Notes: generated from the letters alone by a model not told the origin. A DNA stretch of 64,000 bases from an uncultured Mycoplasmatota bacterium (GCA_947426265.1 CANEDJ010000001.1:17310-81309), one strand, 5' to 3'. Positions 20,971 to 31,581 are shown, numbered from the stretch's first letter. Numbers and translations are program-made.

Positions 20971-21777
20971 ATGGAAACTTTAAAAGAGGCTCTATTGATC
21001 AAAGAAGTTATAGAACCTTCATTAATTATTCTTTGTAGTGTTCTAATTTATATATTTATTGGAAAAATAATAAAGCGTTTTTCTAAAATGCCAGTGAAGC
21101 GATTGGATCACAAAAAACGACAAACCATATTGACCGTATTGAAAAGTATTATAAAATATATTATTTTATCAATTGATATTCTATTAATATTAAATGTGTA
21201 TGGGATTGATACAAAAGCTATATTAGCCTCATTTGGGGTAATAGGAGCAGTATTAGGACTTGCTATGCAAGATCTATTAAAAGATATTATTGCAGGTATT
21301 TCTATTTTATTTGAAGACCAATTCCGGGTAGGAGATTGGATTGAAGTGGGTGGCTTTAAAGGAGAAGTTATTTCTTTAGGTCTAAAAACCACAAGAATAA
21401 AAGCATATACAGGGGAAACAAAGATTATTTCTAATCGAACATTAACAGAAGTAACTAATTTTAATATGCATAGTTCTATGGCGATTGTTGATGTACAAGT
21501 AGCTTATGAATCTAATCTTCAGAAAGTTGAAAAAGTATTATCTACTGTTTGTGTAGAGGAACAAGAGAAAATTCCTATGTTAAAAGGGAAAATAGAATTG
21601 TTAGGAGTCCAATCTTTAGGAGAAAATGGAATAGTATATCGAATTGTTGCTCCTTGTAAAGCAATGGAACAATATGGTGTAGAGAGATTGCTTAGAAAGG
21701 CAATAAAACTAGCATTGGATAAGAATCATATTATAATTCCTTATCTACAGGTGGTGATACATAATGAAAGAATATAA
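20971..21777 (+). CDS. small-conductance mechanosensitive channel (MscS family)
   Basis: Three TM helices followed by the MscS beta domain (GDWIEVGGFKGEVISLGLKTTRI). Confidence 0.7.
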   Translation: METLKEALLIKEVIEPSLIILCSVLIYIFIGKIIKRFSKMPVKRLDHKKRQTILTVLKSIIKYIILSIDILLILNVYGIDTKAILASFGVIGAVLGLAMQDLLKDIIAGISILFEDQFRVGDWIEVGGFKGEVISLGLKTTRIKAYTGETKIISNRTLTEVTNFNMHSSMAIVDVQVAYESNLQKVEKVLSTVCVEEQEKIPMLKGKIELLGVQSLGENGIVYRIVAPCKAMEQYGVERLLRKAIKLALDKNHIIIPYLQVVIHNERI

Positions 21778-21946
21778 AGTAGGAAGTATTGTAATTATGA
21801 AAAAAGGTCATCCATGTGGTACCAACGAATGGGAAATTACTAGAGTTGGCGCTGATATTAAAATAAAATGTAATGGATGTGGAAGATGCATTATGCTTCC
21901 AAGAATAGAATTTAATAAAAAAATGAAAAAAGTAGTCAGTGAGTAG
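21764..21946 (+). CDS. DUF951 family small protein
   Basis: 60 aa with a conserved HPCG...CxxC pattern. Occupies the origin-region position it has in Bacilli. Confidence 0.55.
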   Translation: MKEYKVGSIVIMKKGHPCGTNEWEITRVGADIKIKCNGCGRCIMLPRIEFNKKMKKVVSE

Positions 21947-21954
21947 GAGGAACT

Positions 21955-23469
21955 ATGAAGAAAAAAAATAAAAAGAAATTTATGCTAGGGCCAGTAATAA
22001 CGATCATTTTATTAACTTTTTTAATTATGTTTTTAAGCTCTATCTTTGCTATTGTAGGAATACAAGGTCATAAAACAGCTATTGTAAATGGGACTTTAGA
22101 ATCTTCTCTTGTAACTGTAAAAAATATTTTTACAGTAGAAGGAATAAAATATATTTTTAGCAATATTGTTATTAATTTTCGTTCCTTTGAACCACTAGTA
22201 CTCATTATTATGTCTTTTATTGCAGTTGGTATTGGAGATTCAAGTGGGTTATTCAAAGCTATTTTTTCGCCTTTTAAAAAATTAAATGCAACAACAACAA
22301 CTTTTATAATTTTTTTGCTTGGTATAATTTCTTCTATTATTGGAGAATATAGTTATATTATTTTAATTCCTTTAGTAAGTGCCATGTACAAGTATTTAGG
22401 GAAGAATCAAATGCTTGGAGTGTTAACTATATTTTTAGGAATTACATTAGGATATGGTACAGGAATTTATTATAATTTTAATGCTTATCAATTAGGCCAA
22501 TTAACACAAGCAGCAGCAACAATCGATGTAGACAAAAATTATCAATTTCAATTATTATCAAATATTTATATTATGTTAGCAAGTACAATTATTTTGGCTT
22601 TTGTTGGTAGTTTATTAATTCATAAATTTCTAGAGCCAAAATTTAAGAAGCCAATGGAGGAAGATGATGATTTGATCATATCAAAAAAAGCTTTAATGGC
22701 AAGCAACTTTCTTTTCTTTCTCATGATTGCCATAAGCATATATATGATAATTCCAGGATTTCCTGGATCAGGATTATTATTAGATAACACACAGGAAACT
22801 TATATAGCAAAATTATTTAGTGAAACTGCACCGTTTAGAGATGGTATCATGTTTATATTTTTAATCATTGCAATGCTCTGTGGTGGAGTATATGGATATT
22901 TTTCTGGAAATATTAAAAATACTCATGAATACAGTTTTAACTTGTCAAAAAGTTTTGATAATATTGGATATGTATTTGTATTAATGTTTTTTACATCCGT
23001 AATGACAGGTATATTAGAATGGACAAATTTAGGAGAAGTGATTGCAACAAATATTATAGAGGTATTAAGTTCTTTTCAGTTCTCTGGAATTCCCTTGATT
23101 ATTAGTTTTATGATAGCAATTATATTAATGAGTATCTTAATTCCATCCAATGTTACAAAATGGAGTTTGGCATCGCCTATTATTATTCCACTGTTCATGA
23201 GAGCGAATATTACTCCAGATTTTACTCAATTTATATTTAAAGTATCTGATGGAATAGGAAAAGCAATGACACCATTATTTATTTATTTCATTGTTATGAT
23301 TGCTTTTTTACAAAAAGATAATAAAACAAGTGAAGAAGTAACAATATTTGGAACTATGAAATTGATCATGCCTATTACATTAATGATAACAGGTTTATGG
23401 ATTTTGATTCTAATATGTTGGTATATGGCAGGCTTACCACTAGGAATAAGTGGCTATTCAACACTTTAA
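21955..23469 (+). CDS. polytopic membrane transporter, AbgT/MtrF-like family
   Basis: 504 aa with at least 12 TM helices. Resembles the AbgT pattern (FRSFEPLVLIIMSFIAVGIGDSSGL). Family call is tentative. Confidence 0.45.
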   Translation: MKKKNKKKFMLGPVITIILLTFLIMFLSSIFAIVGIQGHKTAIVNGTLESSLVTVKNIFTVEGIKYIFSNIVINFRSFEPLVLIIMSFIAVGIGDSSGLFKAIFSPFKKLNATTTTFIIFLLGIISSIIGEYSYIILIPLVSAMYKYLGKNQMLGVLTIFLGITLGYGTGIYYNFNAYQLGQLTQAAATIDVDKNYQFQLLSNIYIMLASTIILAFVGSLLIHKFLEPKFKKPMEEDDDLIISKKALMASNFLFFLMIAISIYMIIPGFPGSGLLLDNTQETYIAKLFSETAPFRDGIMFIFLIIAMLCGGVYGYFSGNIKNTHEYSFNLSKSFDNIGYVFVLMFFTSVMTGILEWTNLGEVIATNIIEVLSSFQFSGIPLIISFMIAIILMSILIPSNVTKWSLASPIIIPLFMRANITPDFTQFIFKVSDGIGKAMTPLFIYFIVMIAFLQKDNKTSEEVTIFGTMKLIMPITLMITGLWILILICWYMAGLPLGISGYSTL

Positions 23470-23547
23470 TCAGTTCAATATGAGCTGATTTTTCTTTGAT
23501 AATAAAGTAATATATAGTATAATAGTTTGTAGGAAAGAGGTATAAAT

Positions 23548-24648
23548 ATGAGTTTAACAGCAGGAATTGTAGGATTACCAAATGTAGGAAAATCAACTTT
23601 ATTTAATGCAATTACAAAAAAGAACATTTTAGCGGCTAACTATCCATTTGCGACAATTGATCCAAACGTTGGCGTTGTGACAGTCCCAGATACACGATTA
23701 GAATTTCTTCAAAATCTATATGTGCCTGATAGCTTGGTTCCAACAGCTTTTGAATTTACAGATATAGCAGGGTTAGTAAAGGGAGCTTCGAATGGAGAAG
23801 GATTAGGTAACAAATTTTTATCTCATATTAGAGAGGTAGATGCTATTGTAGAAGTTGTGAGATGTTTTAGTGATTCCAATATTATTCATGTTGAAAATAG
23901 TGTAGATCCGATTCGCGATATTGAAATTATTAATGTAGAACTTTTGCTTGCAGATTTAGAAGTAATAGATAATCGAATTGGAAGAATAGGAAAAAAAGCA
24001 GGCATGTCAAAAGATAAGGAAACGATTGCAGAATATAATTTATTAAATAGAATAAAAGAACAATTGGAAAAGAATGAACCAGTTCGAAAAATGGAATTTA
24101 CAGAAGAAGAAAATAAAATTTTAAGACCATTTAATTTATTGACTGGAAAACCAATCATTTATATGGCAAACATTAGTGAAAAAGATTTAGCTGCAGAAGA
24201 TAATGAATATGTAAAACAGGTAAAAGAATATGCAAGAAAAGAAGGATCTGAAGTTATTACAGTAAGTGCTAAAGTAGAATCTGAATTAAGCGAATTGGAA
24301 GAAGAAGAAAAAAAAGAATTCCTAAAAGAATTAGGAATAGAGGAAAGTGGTCTAGATCAACTTATTAAAGCTACTTATTCTTTATTAGGTTTAGCTACGT
24401 ATTTTACAGCAGGAAGTGATGAATGTAGAGCTTGGACTTTTAAAAAAGGAATGAAAGCACCAGAGTGTGCGGGAATTATTCACAGTGATTTTGAGCGAGG
24501 CTTTATTAGAGCTGAAATTATGAGCTATGAAGACTTAAAAGCATGTGGAAGTGAAAAAGCGGTAAGAGAAGCAGGGAAGATGCGTTTAGAGGGCAAGGAA
24601 TATATAATGCAAGATGGAGATATCTGCCATTTTAGATTTAATGTATAA
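23548..24648 (+). CDS. ychF: ribosome-binding ATPase YchF
   Basis: G1 motif GIVGLPNVGKSTLFNA and a TGS-like C-terminus. Confidence 0.9.
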   Translation: MSLTAGIVGLPNVGKSTLFNAITKKNILAANYPFATIDPNVGVVTVPDTRLEFLQNLYVPDSLVPTAFEFTDIAGLVKGASNGEGLGNKFLSHIREVDAIVEVVRCFSDSNIIHVENSVDPIRDIEIINVELLLADLEVIDNRIGRIGKKAGMSKDKETIAEYNLLNRIKEQLEKNEPVRKMEFTEEENKILRPFNLLTGKPIIYMANISEKDLAAEDNEYVKQVKEYARKEGSEVITVSAKVESELSELEEEEKKEFLKELGIEESGLDQLIKATYSLLGLATYFTAGSDECRAWTFKKGMKAPECAGIIHSDFERGFIRAEIMSYEDLKACGSEKAVREAGKMRLEGKEYIMQDGDICHFRFNV

Positions 24649-24706
24649 GAAGTTTTCATTTAGAAGCTTCTTTTTTCATAGAATAAAAGTGAAGTCTTTA
24701 CAAATG

Positions 24707-24735
24707 TGTTCCTTTTTGTTATAATCTATAGCGAG
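24707..24735 (+). promoter_or_regulatory. sigma-A-type promoter for rpsF-ssb-rpsR
   Basis: -35 TTTACA at 24707-24712, 17-nt spacer, then extended -10 TGtTATAAT at 24727-24735. Confidence 0.5.
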
Positions 24736-24791
24736 TATTAATTTACTCCTTGCTTTATTAAAAGCCAATAGACCATAAGGAGGTGTGGAAA

Positions 24792-25082
24792 ATGAGAAAC
24801 TATGAAATTATGTTTATTGTTAGACCAACATTAGGAGAAGATGAAATTAAGAAAGTTGTAGAAAACTTTGCTAGTATTTTGACTTCTAATGGAGCTAAAG
24901 TTATTGAAACAAAAGAAATGGGTCAACGTGAATTAGCTTATGAAATCAAAAATTTTAAAAGCGGTTACTACTTTGTTTTTGATGTAGAAGCAAATGATGA
25001 TAAAGCGATTAAAGAATTTGATCGTTTATCACTTATCAGCAATGATATTGTTCGTCATTTGATTACAAAAATTGAAAAGTAG
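24792..25082 (+). CDS. rpsF: 30S ribosomal protein S6
   Basis: [13 protein letters not shown]-terminus. AAGGAGGTG RBS. Confidence 0.9.
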   Translation: MRNYEIMFIVRPTLGEDEIKKVVENFASILTSNGAKVIETKEMGQRELAYEIKNFKSGYYFVFDVEANDDKAIKEFDRLSLISNDIVRHLITKIEK

Positions 25083-25096
25083 AAAAGAGGTATTAT

Positions 25097-25561
25097 ATGA
25101 ATCGTGTTGTACTTATCGGAAGATTAACAGGAAAGCCAGAATTACGTTATACAGGATCAAATTTACCTTATGCACGTTTTTCGTTAGCTGTTAATAGAAG
25201 TTTTAGTAATGCGCAAGGTCAAAGAGATACAGACTTTATCAATATTATCGTTTGGAGAAAGCAAGCAGAAAATGTGTGCAATTTCTTGGACAAAGGAAGT
25301 CTTGTATCTGTAGAAGGTAGAATACAAACAGGAAGTTATGATGATAAAGATGGAAATAAGCGTTATACAACAGATGTTGTAGCAGATGCTGTTCAATTTT
25401 TAGAGTCAAAATCACAAAGTCAAAATAGGAGTTCAAATAGTTCAAATGAACCAACTCCATATGACTATCAAAGCGAGCCAATGAATGATATCAATATAGA
25501 TAATGATCCATTTGCAGACTTTGGAGATAGTGTTTCAATTGATGATAACTTCTTAGACTAA
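25097..25561 (+). CDS. ssb: single-stranded DNA-binding protein
   Basis: OB fold with [19 protein letters not shown] start. Acidic C-terminal tail DDNFLD. Confidence 0.85.
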   Translation: MNRVVLIGRLTGKPELRYTGSNLPYARFSLAVNRSFSNAQGQRDTDFINIIVWRKQAENVCNFLDKGSLVSVEGRIQTGSYDDKDGNKRYTTDVVADAVQFLESKSQSQNRSSNSSNEPTPYDYQSEPMNDINIDNDPFADFGDSVSIDDNFLD

Positions 25562-25575
25562 AAGGAGGAAAAAAC

Positions 25576-25794
25576 ATGGCTGAATTTTATAGAAAAAAGA
25601 AAAAGATCTGTCAAATGTGTGCTGGAAAAAGCGTAGATTATAAAGATGCAGAAATTATAAAAAAATATATTAGTAATGATAAAGGCAAAATATTACCAAG
25701 AAGAATTACAGGAGCATGCGCAAAACATCAAAGACATATTGCTAATGAAGTTAAAAAAGCACGTTTTATGGGTTTAATACCTTTTGTAAAATAG
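25576..25794 (+). CDS. rpsR: 30S ribosomal protein S18
   Basis: KILPRRITG and AKHQRHIA motifs. Confidence 0.9.
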   Translation: MAEFYRKKKKICQMCAGKSVDYKDAEIIKKYISNDKGKILPRRITGACAKHQRHIANEVKKARFMGLIPFVK

Positions 25795-25817
25795 ACCAAT
25801 TTGGTCTTTTTGTTTTT
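25794..25817 (+). terminator. rho-independent terminator after rpsR
   Basis: Stem agacca/tggtct with T-rich tail. Confidence 0.6.
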
Positions 25818-25837
25818 GGAAAAATATTTACTAAAGA

Positions 25838-25868
25838 AAAGAACATATTTCGTAAGTATGTTCTTTTT
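25838..25868. terminator. second hairpin, likely terminator of the minus-strand gpsA
   Basis: Stem aagaacata/tatgttctt abutting the gpsA stop codon. Confidence 0.4.
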
Positions 25869-26841
25869 AATCTTTTTCAATCAAAAATTGTTTTAATGTT
25901 TCAGGATCTTTTCCGTTTTCTACAATGTCAAAAATCAAATCAATAATGGGCATATCTACATTTTGGTCTTTTGTAAGTTGATAAATAGACTTTAAAGTAT
26001 AGAGCCCTTCAATTGTAGTAGAACATTTGTAATCTTCAATTTCATCTTTTGGTATTTTTTTCCCAATCAGTTGTCCAAAAGAAAAGTTTCTTGATTTAGG
26101 ACTTGTACAGGTAAGAAGTAAATCCCCAAAACCAGCAAAAGAAAGAATTGTTTTTTTATCTCCACCAAGTTTATATATTAATTTTTTAATATCATGTAGA
26201 GATTCTGTAATAAACATAGCTTTAGTTGATTCAGGTAATTGCATTCCATCTAATATTCCAGCTGCAATTGCAATCACATTTTTAATAGATCCACAGATTT
26301 CGATCCCTTTTATATCTTCTGTTACTCTAAACTTAAAGTATTCATTTTGAAACGCTTGAATAATGATAGAAGCCGTATCACTATTTGTTGTTCCTAAAGA
26401 AAGTCCAATTGGTATTTTTTTTACAATGTCAATCGCGAAAGATGGACCAGAAATAACTGCTAACTTATTTGTATTTATATATTTTTTTATAACATCATCG
26501 ACAAATAAACAGGTATCATTTTCAATTCCTTTGCTAGCAATGCATAAGTGTTGATGAGGTTTTAAAATGGAAGTCAATTCTTTTGCAACATCGTCTACAA
26601 AAGCAGCTGGTACAGCAATTACAATTAATTCTTTATCTAGGATAGCTTCTTTCATATTGGTTGTAAAAGAAATATCCACAGGAATTGTGTAGTTTGGTAA
26701 TTTTGAACTTGTTCTTTTTTTATCTAATTCTTCTATTTCTGTGGGAAACTTTGACCACATTGTCACTTCATTTTTATTATATTCTAAAACACTTGCAAGA
26801 GCGATTCCATAAGCTCCAGTACCTAGGACAGCAATTTTCAC
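25867..26841 (-). CDS. gpsA: NAD(P)H-dependent glycerol-3-phosphate dehydrogenase
   Basis: Rossmann IAVLGTGAYGIALA motif. GTG start at 26841 with GGAGG 7 nt upstream. The TTG at 26865 lacks an RBS. Confidence 0.85.
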   Translation of the reverse strand: MKIAVLGTGAYGIALASVLEYNKNEVTMWSKFPTEIEELDKKRTSSKLPNYTIPVDISFTTNMKEAILDKELIVIAVPAAFVDDVAKELTSILKPHQHLCIASKGIENDTCLFVDDVIKKYINTNKLAVISGPSFAIDIVKKIPIGLSLGTTNSDTASIIIQAFQNEYFKFRVTEDIKGIEICGSIKNVIAIAAGILDGMQLPESTKAMFITESLHDIKKLIYKLGGDKKTILSFAGFGDLLLTCTSPKSRNFSFGQLIGKKIPKDEIEDYKCSTTIEGLYTLKSIYQLTKDQNVDMPIIDLIFDIVENGKDPETLKQFLIEKD

Positions 26842-27051
26842 GCAAATTCCTCCTTTATCATTCAACCATATTATAGCACATTTTTTATAAATAAAAAATA
26901 ATACATTACCGAAGTTTCTTCTCTCTAAAAAGCAATTGATGAAAAGCAGAGGTCTAATTATTTTAAAAAAGGATAAAATTTACTGTAGCAAAGAAAACAA
27001 CAATATGATAGAATAGTAAACAATTATTATGTCATGGGAAGGGTGTTTTGT

Positions 27052-29313
27052 ATGAGAAATGTGATTTCTACTCCATTTGGGAATTTTGAGGTGAAGCAAA
27101 ATAACGAGCCATTAGAATTTAATTGCATAATTAAAAATTATTCATCAAATAAATCTCCGGCCTTAATTCGTCTATATGTAGTAGAAGTGGAAACCAAAGG
27201 ACAAGACTCTCTAATTTGTGGATTTGAAAAGCCTATTTTTGAGAAGCTGAGTAAAGATGAACATTCAACGACATTATTTGTAGAAAATGATACTTTAGTA
27301 TTAGGATTATGTAGTCTAAATCCGAATAAACAGACTTATATCATGACAACCAATGATGAATATGGTTTTACATATAAAACAGAAAATAAAATAACTTTAA
27401 TTCTTTGTTGTATAGAAAAAGATAAATTTAAAGATGCGAAAAAAGTGATAGAAAAAGCAATCAAAAGCGAAATAGAAGCGACTATGAATATAAAGATTAA
27501 AAAAGAAAAAAAACCAAGTAAATCAATAGTTACGATTTTTCTATTTGGTTTACTATCGTTGGTTTATGTAGCATTTGCATTCCTTTTTATGAAATATAAA
27601 ATAATTAGTAACGAAGCTTTAAAAAAGATAGGTATTGGAATTTTAGGAGTTTTATTGACATCTTTTGCGCTTGCTAATTTATCAGGTTCAAAAGAACAAA
27701 GAGAAAAGAAAAAAACAACATTTTTGATATCATTACTGTTACTAGCGATAATATTAATAGCAATGGGACTAACAACATATATAATATTAACTAGAATTGG
27801 CATTGTTAAAAATGAAATGGTTCTAGGAATAGGTCTTACTATTGTAGCGCTAGCAATCTTGTGCTTGTTTGTGTCAGAATATAAAATAGAAAGAAATAGT
27901 CAGAGTCAAATTGTAAAAAAAAAGAATGTCAATGAAATAGAAGGGTTGAATAGAAAAACGGAACAATTAAATCCATTTGTTTTAAATTTTTCTATTATGT
28001 TTCCAAGGAGTTTAAAAGAAAGTTGGATAAGCTTAGTAGACAAACTTCAAATACAAGAAATGAAAGCAAGTGAGCAAGTAACAACTTATCAATTATCAGG
28101 AGAAATGGTAAAACTTTTTAATCATATAGAATTAGAAGAATTGGATATGGCGGATTTAACAGAAACAGAGAAATTAATGCTATATTGTGTTTATACAAGA
28201 CATAAAAATGGTTATATCAGAGAGAAATATGTAAAAAAAATATTAGAGATGGAATTATCTGAGTGGGAGTTCCCATTTTTGTTAAAATTGAGTGGAGAAT
28301 ATATATATGAAATTTTAATGATCATTTATAATTGTTTACAAAATAAAGATAATCAAAAATTGAAAGAATTTGCGAAAAATAATAAAGAATTATTATGTGA
28401 AGAATATGCAAGAATGCTTAAATATTGGAATCAATTTTATAGAACTAAAAAAATAAGATTTCATAATTATATAGGAAAAAAACTATTTTATGAATGCTAT
28501 GGTTATACTAGAAAATATGAAAAGAAGAGATACCAGTGTGCATGTTGTGAAAAGAAAACTATATTTGGATATTTAATTCATTATTATAATGAACCATGTC
28601 CAGTTTGTTATTGGCAAAATAATGGTTTTCAAAATAGTAATTTAGAACAGGAAGGAATAAACGGAATAACACTTAAAAAAGCAAAGGAAAATTATCAACA
28701 AATAGGAGCTATAAAAGAAGAGTATGTATCTCTTGTTAGAAAGGCAACGGAAAAAGAAATAATTAAACCAAATGTAGATCAGATTTTAAAACTGTTGAGA
28801 CTAACTCTTGTTCAAGAAGGATTCGTAAGAAAAGAAGAAGGAATATATGAAAAGAAAAATCAGAGTTTTAAAATTACTTATCATGATGGCTATTTATTAA
28901 TAGAAAAGGCGAAAAGTACAAAAGATATAAAAGAAAATATTTGGGAAAAAATAGGAAGTGTGAAAATTGAACTGGATAATCAATCTTTTGTAAAGAAAGT
29001 AGTGACAATTCTAAAAAAATCACAAGAAAAGAAAAAAACAATCAGATTAAAAAAAGCTGAAAAAGAAAAAGTGGTAGAAGAAGAGATAAATGCTTGGAAT
29101 CCACTAGGGTTAATTAAGAATGATAGTCCAAAAGGAGAATATCAATTAGAAATAAAAAAAATTACAACGAAGTTAAGTAAACTAAAATCAGAAAAAGAAT
29201 TACAAGAACATATTGAACAAGTATTTCAAAAATTATTTGGAGAAGACCTTTTTATTGATAAGAAAAAAGAAATAGAAAAAATTGCAAATAAAATTTGGAA
29301 AAAGGTAAAATGA
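27052..29313 (+). CDS. large multi-domain membrane protein: N-terminal soluble domain, about 4 TM helices, Cys-rich CPCC-like zinc ribbon, DUF1871-like C-terminus
   Basis: TM segments at about 27520-27880. C..CC...CPVCYWQNNGFQ motif at about 28530-28720. C-terminal AWNPLGLIKNDSPKGEYQLEIKKI region at about 29090-29290. Confidence 0.45.
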   Translation: MRNVISTPFGNFEVKQNNEPLEFNCIIKNYSSNKSPALIRLYVVEVETKGQDSLICGFEKPIFEKLSKDEHSTTLFVENDTLVLGLCSLNPNKQTYIMTTNDEYGFTYKTENKITLILCCIEKDKFKDAKKVIEKAIKSEIEATMNIKIKKEKKPSKSIVTIFLFGLLSLVYVAFAFLFMKYKIISNEALKKIGIGILGVLLTSFALANLSGSKEQREKKKTTFLISLLLLAIILIAMGLTTYIILTRIGIVKNEMVLGIGLTIVALAILCLFVSEYKIERNSQSQIVKKKNVNEIEGLNRKTEQLNPFVLNFSIMFPRSLKESWISLVDKLQIQEMKASEQVTTYQLSGEMVKLFNHIELEELDMADLTETEKLMLYCVYTRHKNGYIREKYVKKILEMELSEWEFPFLLKLSGEYIYEILMIIYNCLQNKDNQKLKEFAKNNKELLCEEYARMLKYWNQFYRTKKIRFHNYIGKKLFYECYGYTRKYEKKRYQCACCEKKTIFGYLIHYYNEPCPVCYWQNNGFQNSNLEQEGINGITLKKAKENYQQIGAIKEEYVSLVRKATEKEIIKPNVDQILKLLRLTLVQEGFVRKEEGIYEKKNQSFKITYHDGYLLIEKAKSTKDIKENIWEKIGSVKIELDNQSFVKKVVTILKKSQEKKKTIRLKKAEKEKVVEEEINAWNPLGLIKNDSPKGEYQLEIKKITTKLSKLKSEKELQEHIEQVFQKLFGEDLFIDKKKEIEKIANKIWKKVK

Positions 29314-29317
29314 AACA

Positions 29318-29342
29318 GAAAAGTACAAAAGTGCTTTTTTTA
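29318..29342 (+). terminator. rho-independent terminator after the large membrane protein
   Basis: Stem gaaaagtac/gtgctttt (one G-U pair) followed by T-run. Confidence 0.45.
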
Positions 29343-29396
29343 TTTTGCATGATAGAAATTTGATACAAAAAAATATCAAAAAATCATAAAAAAGTG

Positions 29397-29425
29397 TTGC
29401 AATTCATACAATTATCGTGTATACT
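29397..29425 (+). promoter_or_regulatory. strong sigma-A-type promoter of the S10 operon
   Basis: -35 TTGCAA at 29397-29402, 17-nt spacer, -10 TATACT at 29420-29425. About 135 nt of leader before rpsJ. Confidence 0.55.
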
Positions 29426-29559
29426 TTTGAATGTGTGGCATGCATTGATGTGTGAGGTTGCTGATACGCCCGGTTAAGTTGTAAAATAATTTAAAAGGGA
29501 ATTCGGGTTTTTACACGGAGCAAGTCTATACTGGATATAGGCGAGAGGAGGATATAAAT

Positions 29560-29868
29560 ATGTCTAAGACAAAAGTTCGCATCAAATTGAAAGCATTTGA
29601 ACACAAGAGTTTAGATACAGCTTGTGCAAAAATTGTAGAAACTGTAAAAAGAACTGGTGGAGAAGTAAGTGGTCCAATTCCACTTCCAACAGAAGTAGAA
29701 AAAATCACTATTTTAAGAGCTGTTCACAAATATAAAGATTCTCGTGAACAATTTGAAAAGAGAACACACAAAAGACTTATTGATATCAATAATCCAAGTA
29801 AGGAGACTATTGAGGCTTTAACTCATTTAGATATCCCAAGTGGTGTTGATATTCAGATCAAATTATAA
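29560..29868 (+). CDS. rpsJ: 30S ribosomal protein S10
   Basis: Conserved S10 sequence. GAGAGGAGG RBS. Confidence 0.95.
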   Translation: MSKTKVRIKLKAFEHKSLDTACAKIVETVKRTGGEVSGPIPLPTEVEKITILRAVHKYKDSREQFEKRTHKRLIDINNPSKETIEALTHLDIPSGVDIQIKL

Positions 29869-29883
29869 TTAGGAGGAAAAGTT

Positions 29884-30651
29884 ATGAAAAAAGGAATCTT
29901 AGGTCGTAAAATTGGAATGACTCAAGTATTTACACAATCAGGCAAATTGATTCCAGTAACTGTTGTATCTGTAGAACCAAATGTGGTAACACAAATTAAG
30001 ACTATGGAAAATGATGGTTACGAAGCAATTCAACTTGGATTTGATACAAAGAGAGAAAAGTTAGCGACAAAAGCTTCTATTGGTCATACCAATAAAGCAA
30101 ATACTACACCTAAGCGCTTCTTTAGAGAAATTAGAGGTGTAGATATAAACAACTATTCTTTAGGGCAAGAAGTAAAAGTAGATACTTTCGTTGAAGGAGA
30201 AGTTGTTGATGTTACAGGAGTAACAAAAGGAAAAGGTTTCCAAGGTGTTATTAAACGTCACGGACAAAGTCGTGGGCCTATGGGACACGGATCACATTAT
30301 CATAGAAAACCAGGTTCAATGGGAACTATGAGACCAATGCGTGTATTCAAAGGTAAAAAATTACCAGGACATATGGGACAATTGACAGTGACAATTCAAA
30401 ACTTAGAAGTTGTAGCTGTTGATTTAGAAAATAATGTAATTTTAATCAAAGGTAATGTTCCAGGAGCTAAAAATTCATTAGTAATTATTGAATCAGCTGT
30501 AAAAAATCCTGATAAAGTAAACGCAAGAGAAGAATTGATTTCTTACGTTACAGAAAAAACACCTGAGAATCCAGAAAGCACAGAAGTAGAAGCAACTGTA
30601 GAAACTGAATCAGAAACAGTTACAGAAGAAACTACTGAAGTGACTGAGTAA
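29884..30651 (+). CDS. rplC: 50S ribosomal protein L3 with about 45-aa acidic Glu/Thr-rich C-terminal extension
   Basis: L3 core (about 1-205) followed by the tail [33 protein letters not shown]. Confidence 0.9.
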   Translation: MKKGILGRKIGMTQVFTQSGKLIPVTVVSVEPNVVTQIKTMENDGYEAIQLGFDTKREKLATKASIGHTNKANTTPKRFFREIRGVDINNYSLGQEVKVDTFVEGEVVDVTGVTKGKGFQGVIKRHGQSRGPMGHGSHYHRKPGSMGTMRPMRVFKGKKLPGHMGQLTVTIQNLEVVAVDLENNVILIKGNVPGAKNSLVIIESAVKNPDKVNAREELISYVTEKTPENPESTEVEATVETESETVTEETTEVTE

Positions 30652-30662
30652 GGAGGAATAGT

Positions 30663-31286
30663 ATGGAAAAATTATCTGTATTAAATATAAAAGGTGAAAA
30701 AGTTAAAGATATTACCTTAAACGAAACAGTATGGGGTATTACTCCAAACGATGCTGTATTATATGATGCAATTACATTAACAAGAAATGCTTTAAGACAA
30801 GGTACTGCAGACACTAAAACTCGTAGTGAAGTAAGTGGTGGAGGTAGAAAACCATGGAAGCAAAAGGGTACAGGACGCGCTAGACAAGGAAGTACTCGTG
30901 CACCTCATTGGATTAAAGGTGGAATTGTATTTGGACCACATCCAAGAAGCTATAGTAAGAAAATGAACAGAAAAGAAAGAAGATTGGCTTTAAAATCTGC
31001 TCTATCTTATAAAGTAATTGATAAAGAATTAACAATTGTAGATAGCTTTATCGCAGAAACAAACAAAACAAAAGATATGAAAAATATCTTAGCAAATTTA
31101 AAAGCAGAAGGTAAAACATTAATTGTAGTAGAAGAATTAAATGACAATGTTATTTTGGGAACTCGTAATTTATCAAATATTGTTTTACTTGAAGCATCTG
31201 AAATCAACACATTAGATATTGTTGCAGCAGATAAAATGATTATTACTGAGGCAGCAGTAAAAGCAATTGAGGAGGTGCTTGTATAA
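30663..31286 (+). CDS. rplD: 50S ribosomal protein L4
   Basis: Conserved L4 sequence. S10 operon order. Confidence 0.9.
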   Translation: MEKLSVLNIKGEKVKDITLNETVWGITPNDAVLYDAITLTRNALRQGTADTKTRSEVSGGGRKPWKQKGTGRARQGSTRAPHWIKGGIVFGPHPRSYSKKMNRKERRLALKSALSYKVIDKELTIVDSFIAETNKTKDMKNILANLKAEGKTLIVVEELNDNVILGTRNLSNIVLLEASEINTLDIVAADKMIITEAAVKAIEEVLV

Positions 31287-31561
31287 TGAATTATAGAAGT
31301 ATTATAAAAGCTCCAATTATAACTGAAAAAAGTGCTGAATTAGCAGAACACAATACTTATGTATTTAGTGTTGATACAAAAGCAAATAAAACAGCAATTA
31401 AGCAAGCAATAGAAAACATTTTCAATGTAAAAGTAGAAAGCGTTAATACAATTAACGTAAAACCAAAGAAAAAAAGAGTTGGTCGTTATGTAGGTAAGAC
31501 TAACAGAGTAAAAAAAGCAATTGTTAAATTAAAAGAAGGAAGTTCAATTGAACTTAACTAA
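31286..31561 (+). CDS. rplW: 50S ribosomal protein L23
   Basis: Conserved L23. Its ATG overlaps the rplD stop by 1 nt. Confidence 0.9.
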   Translation: MNYRSIIKAPIITEKSAELAEHNTYVFSVDTKANKTAIKQAIENIFNVKVESVNTINVKPKKKRVGRYVGKTNRVKKAIVKLKEGSSIELN

Positions 31562-31581
31562 CGAATTAGGAGGACACATAT

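Noticed and set aside
24658-24672. Palindrome agaagcttct after ychF as a terminator
   Set aside because: A perfect palindrome with no loop cannot form a stable hairpin. No convincing stem-loop precedes the T-run.
26842-26865. TTG at 26865 as gpsA start (ORF track)
   Set aside because: No Shine-Dalgarno. The GTG at 26841 is preceded by GGAGG at 7-nt spacing and yields the canonical MKIAVLGTG N-terminus.
27900-29300. Apparent repetitiveness in the large membrane protein gene (aaagaaaa runs)
   Set aside because: This is Lys/Glu codon bias in AT-rich coding sequence, not tandem DNA repeats or a CRISPR-like array. No repeat-spacer periodicity found anywhere in the window.
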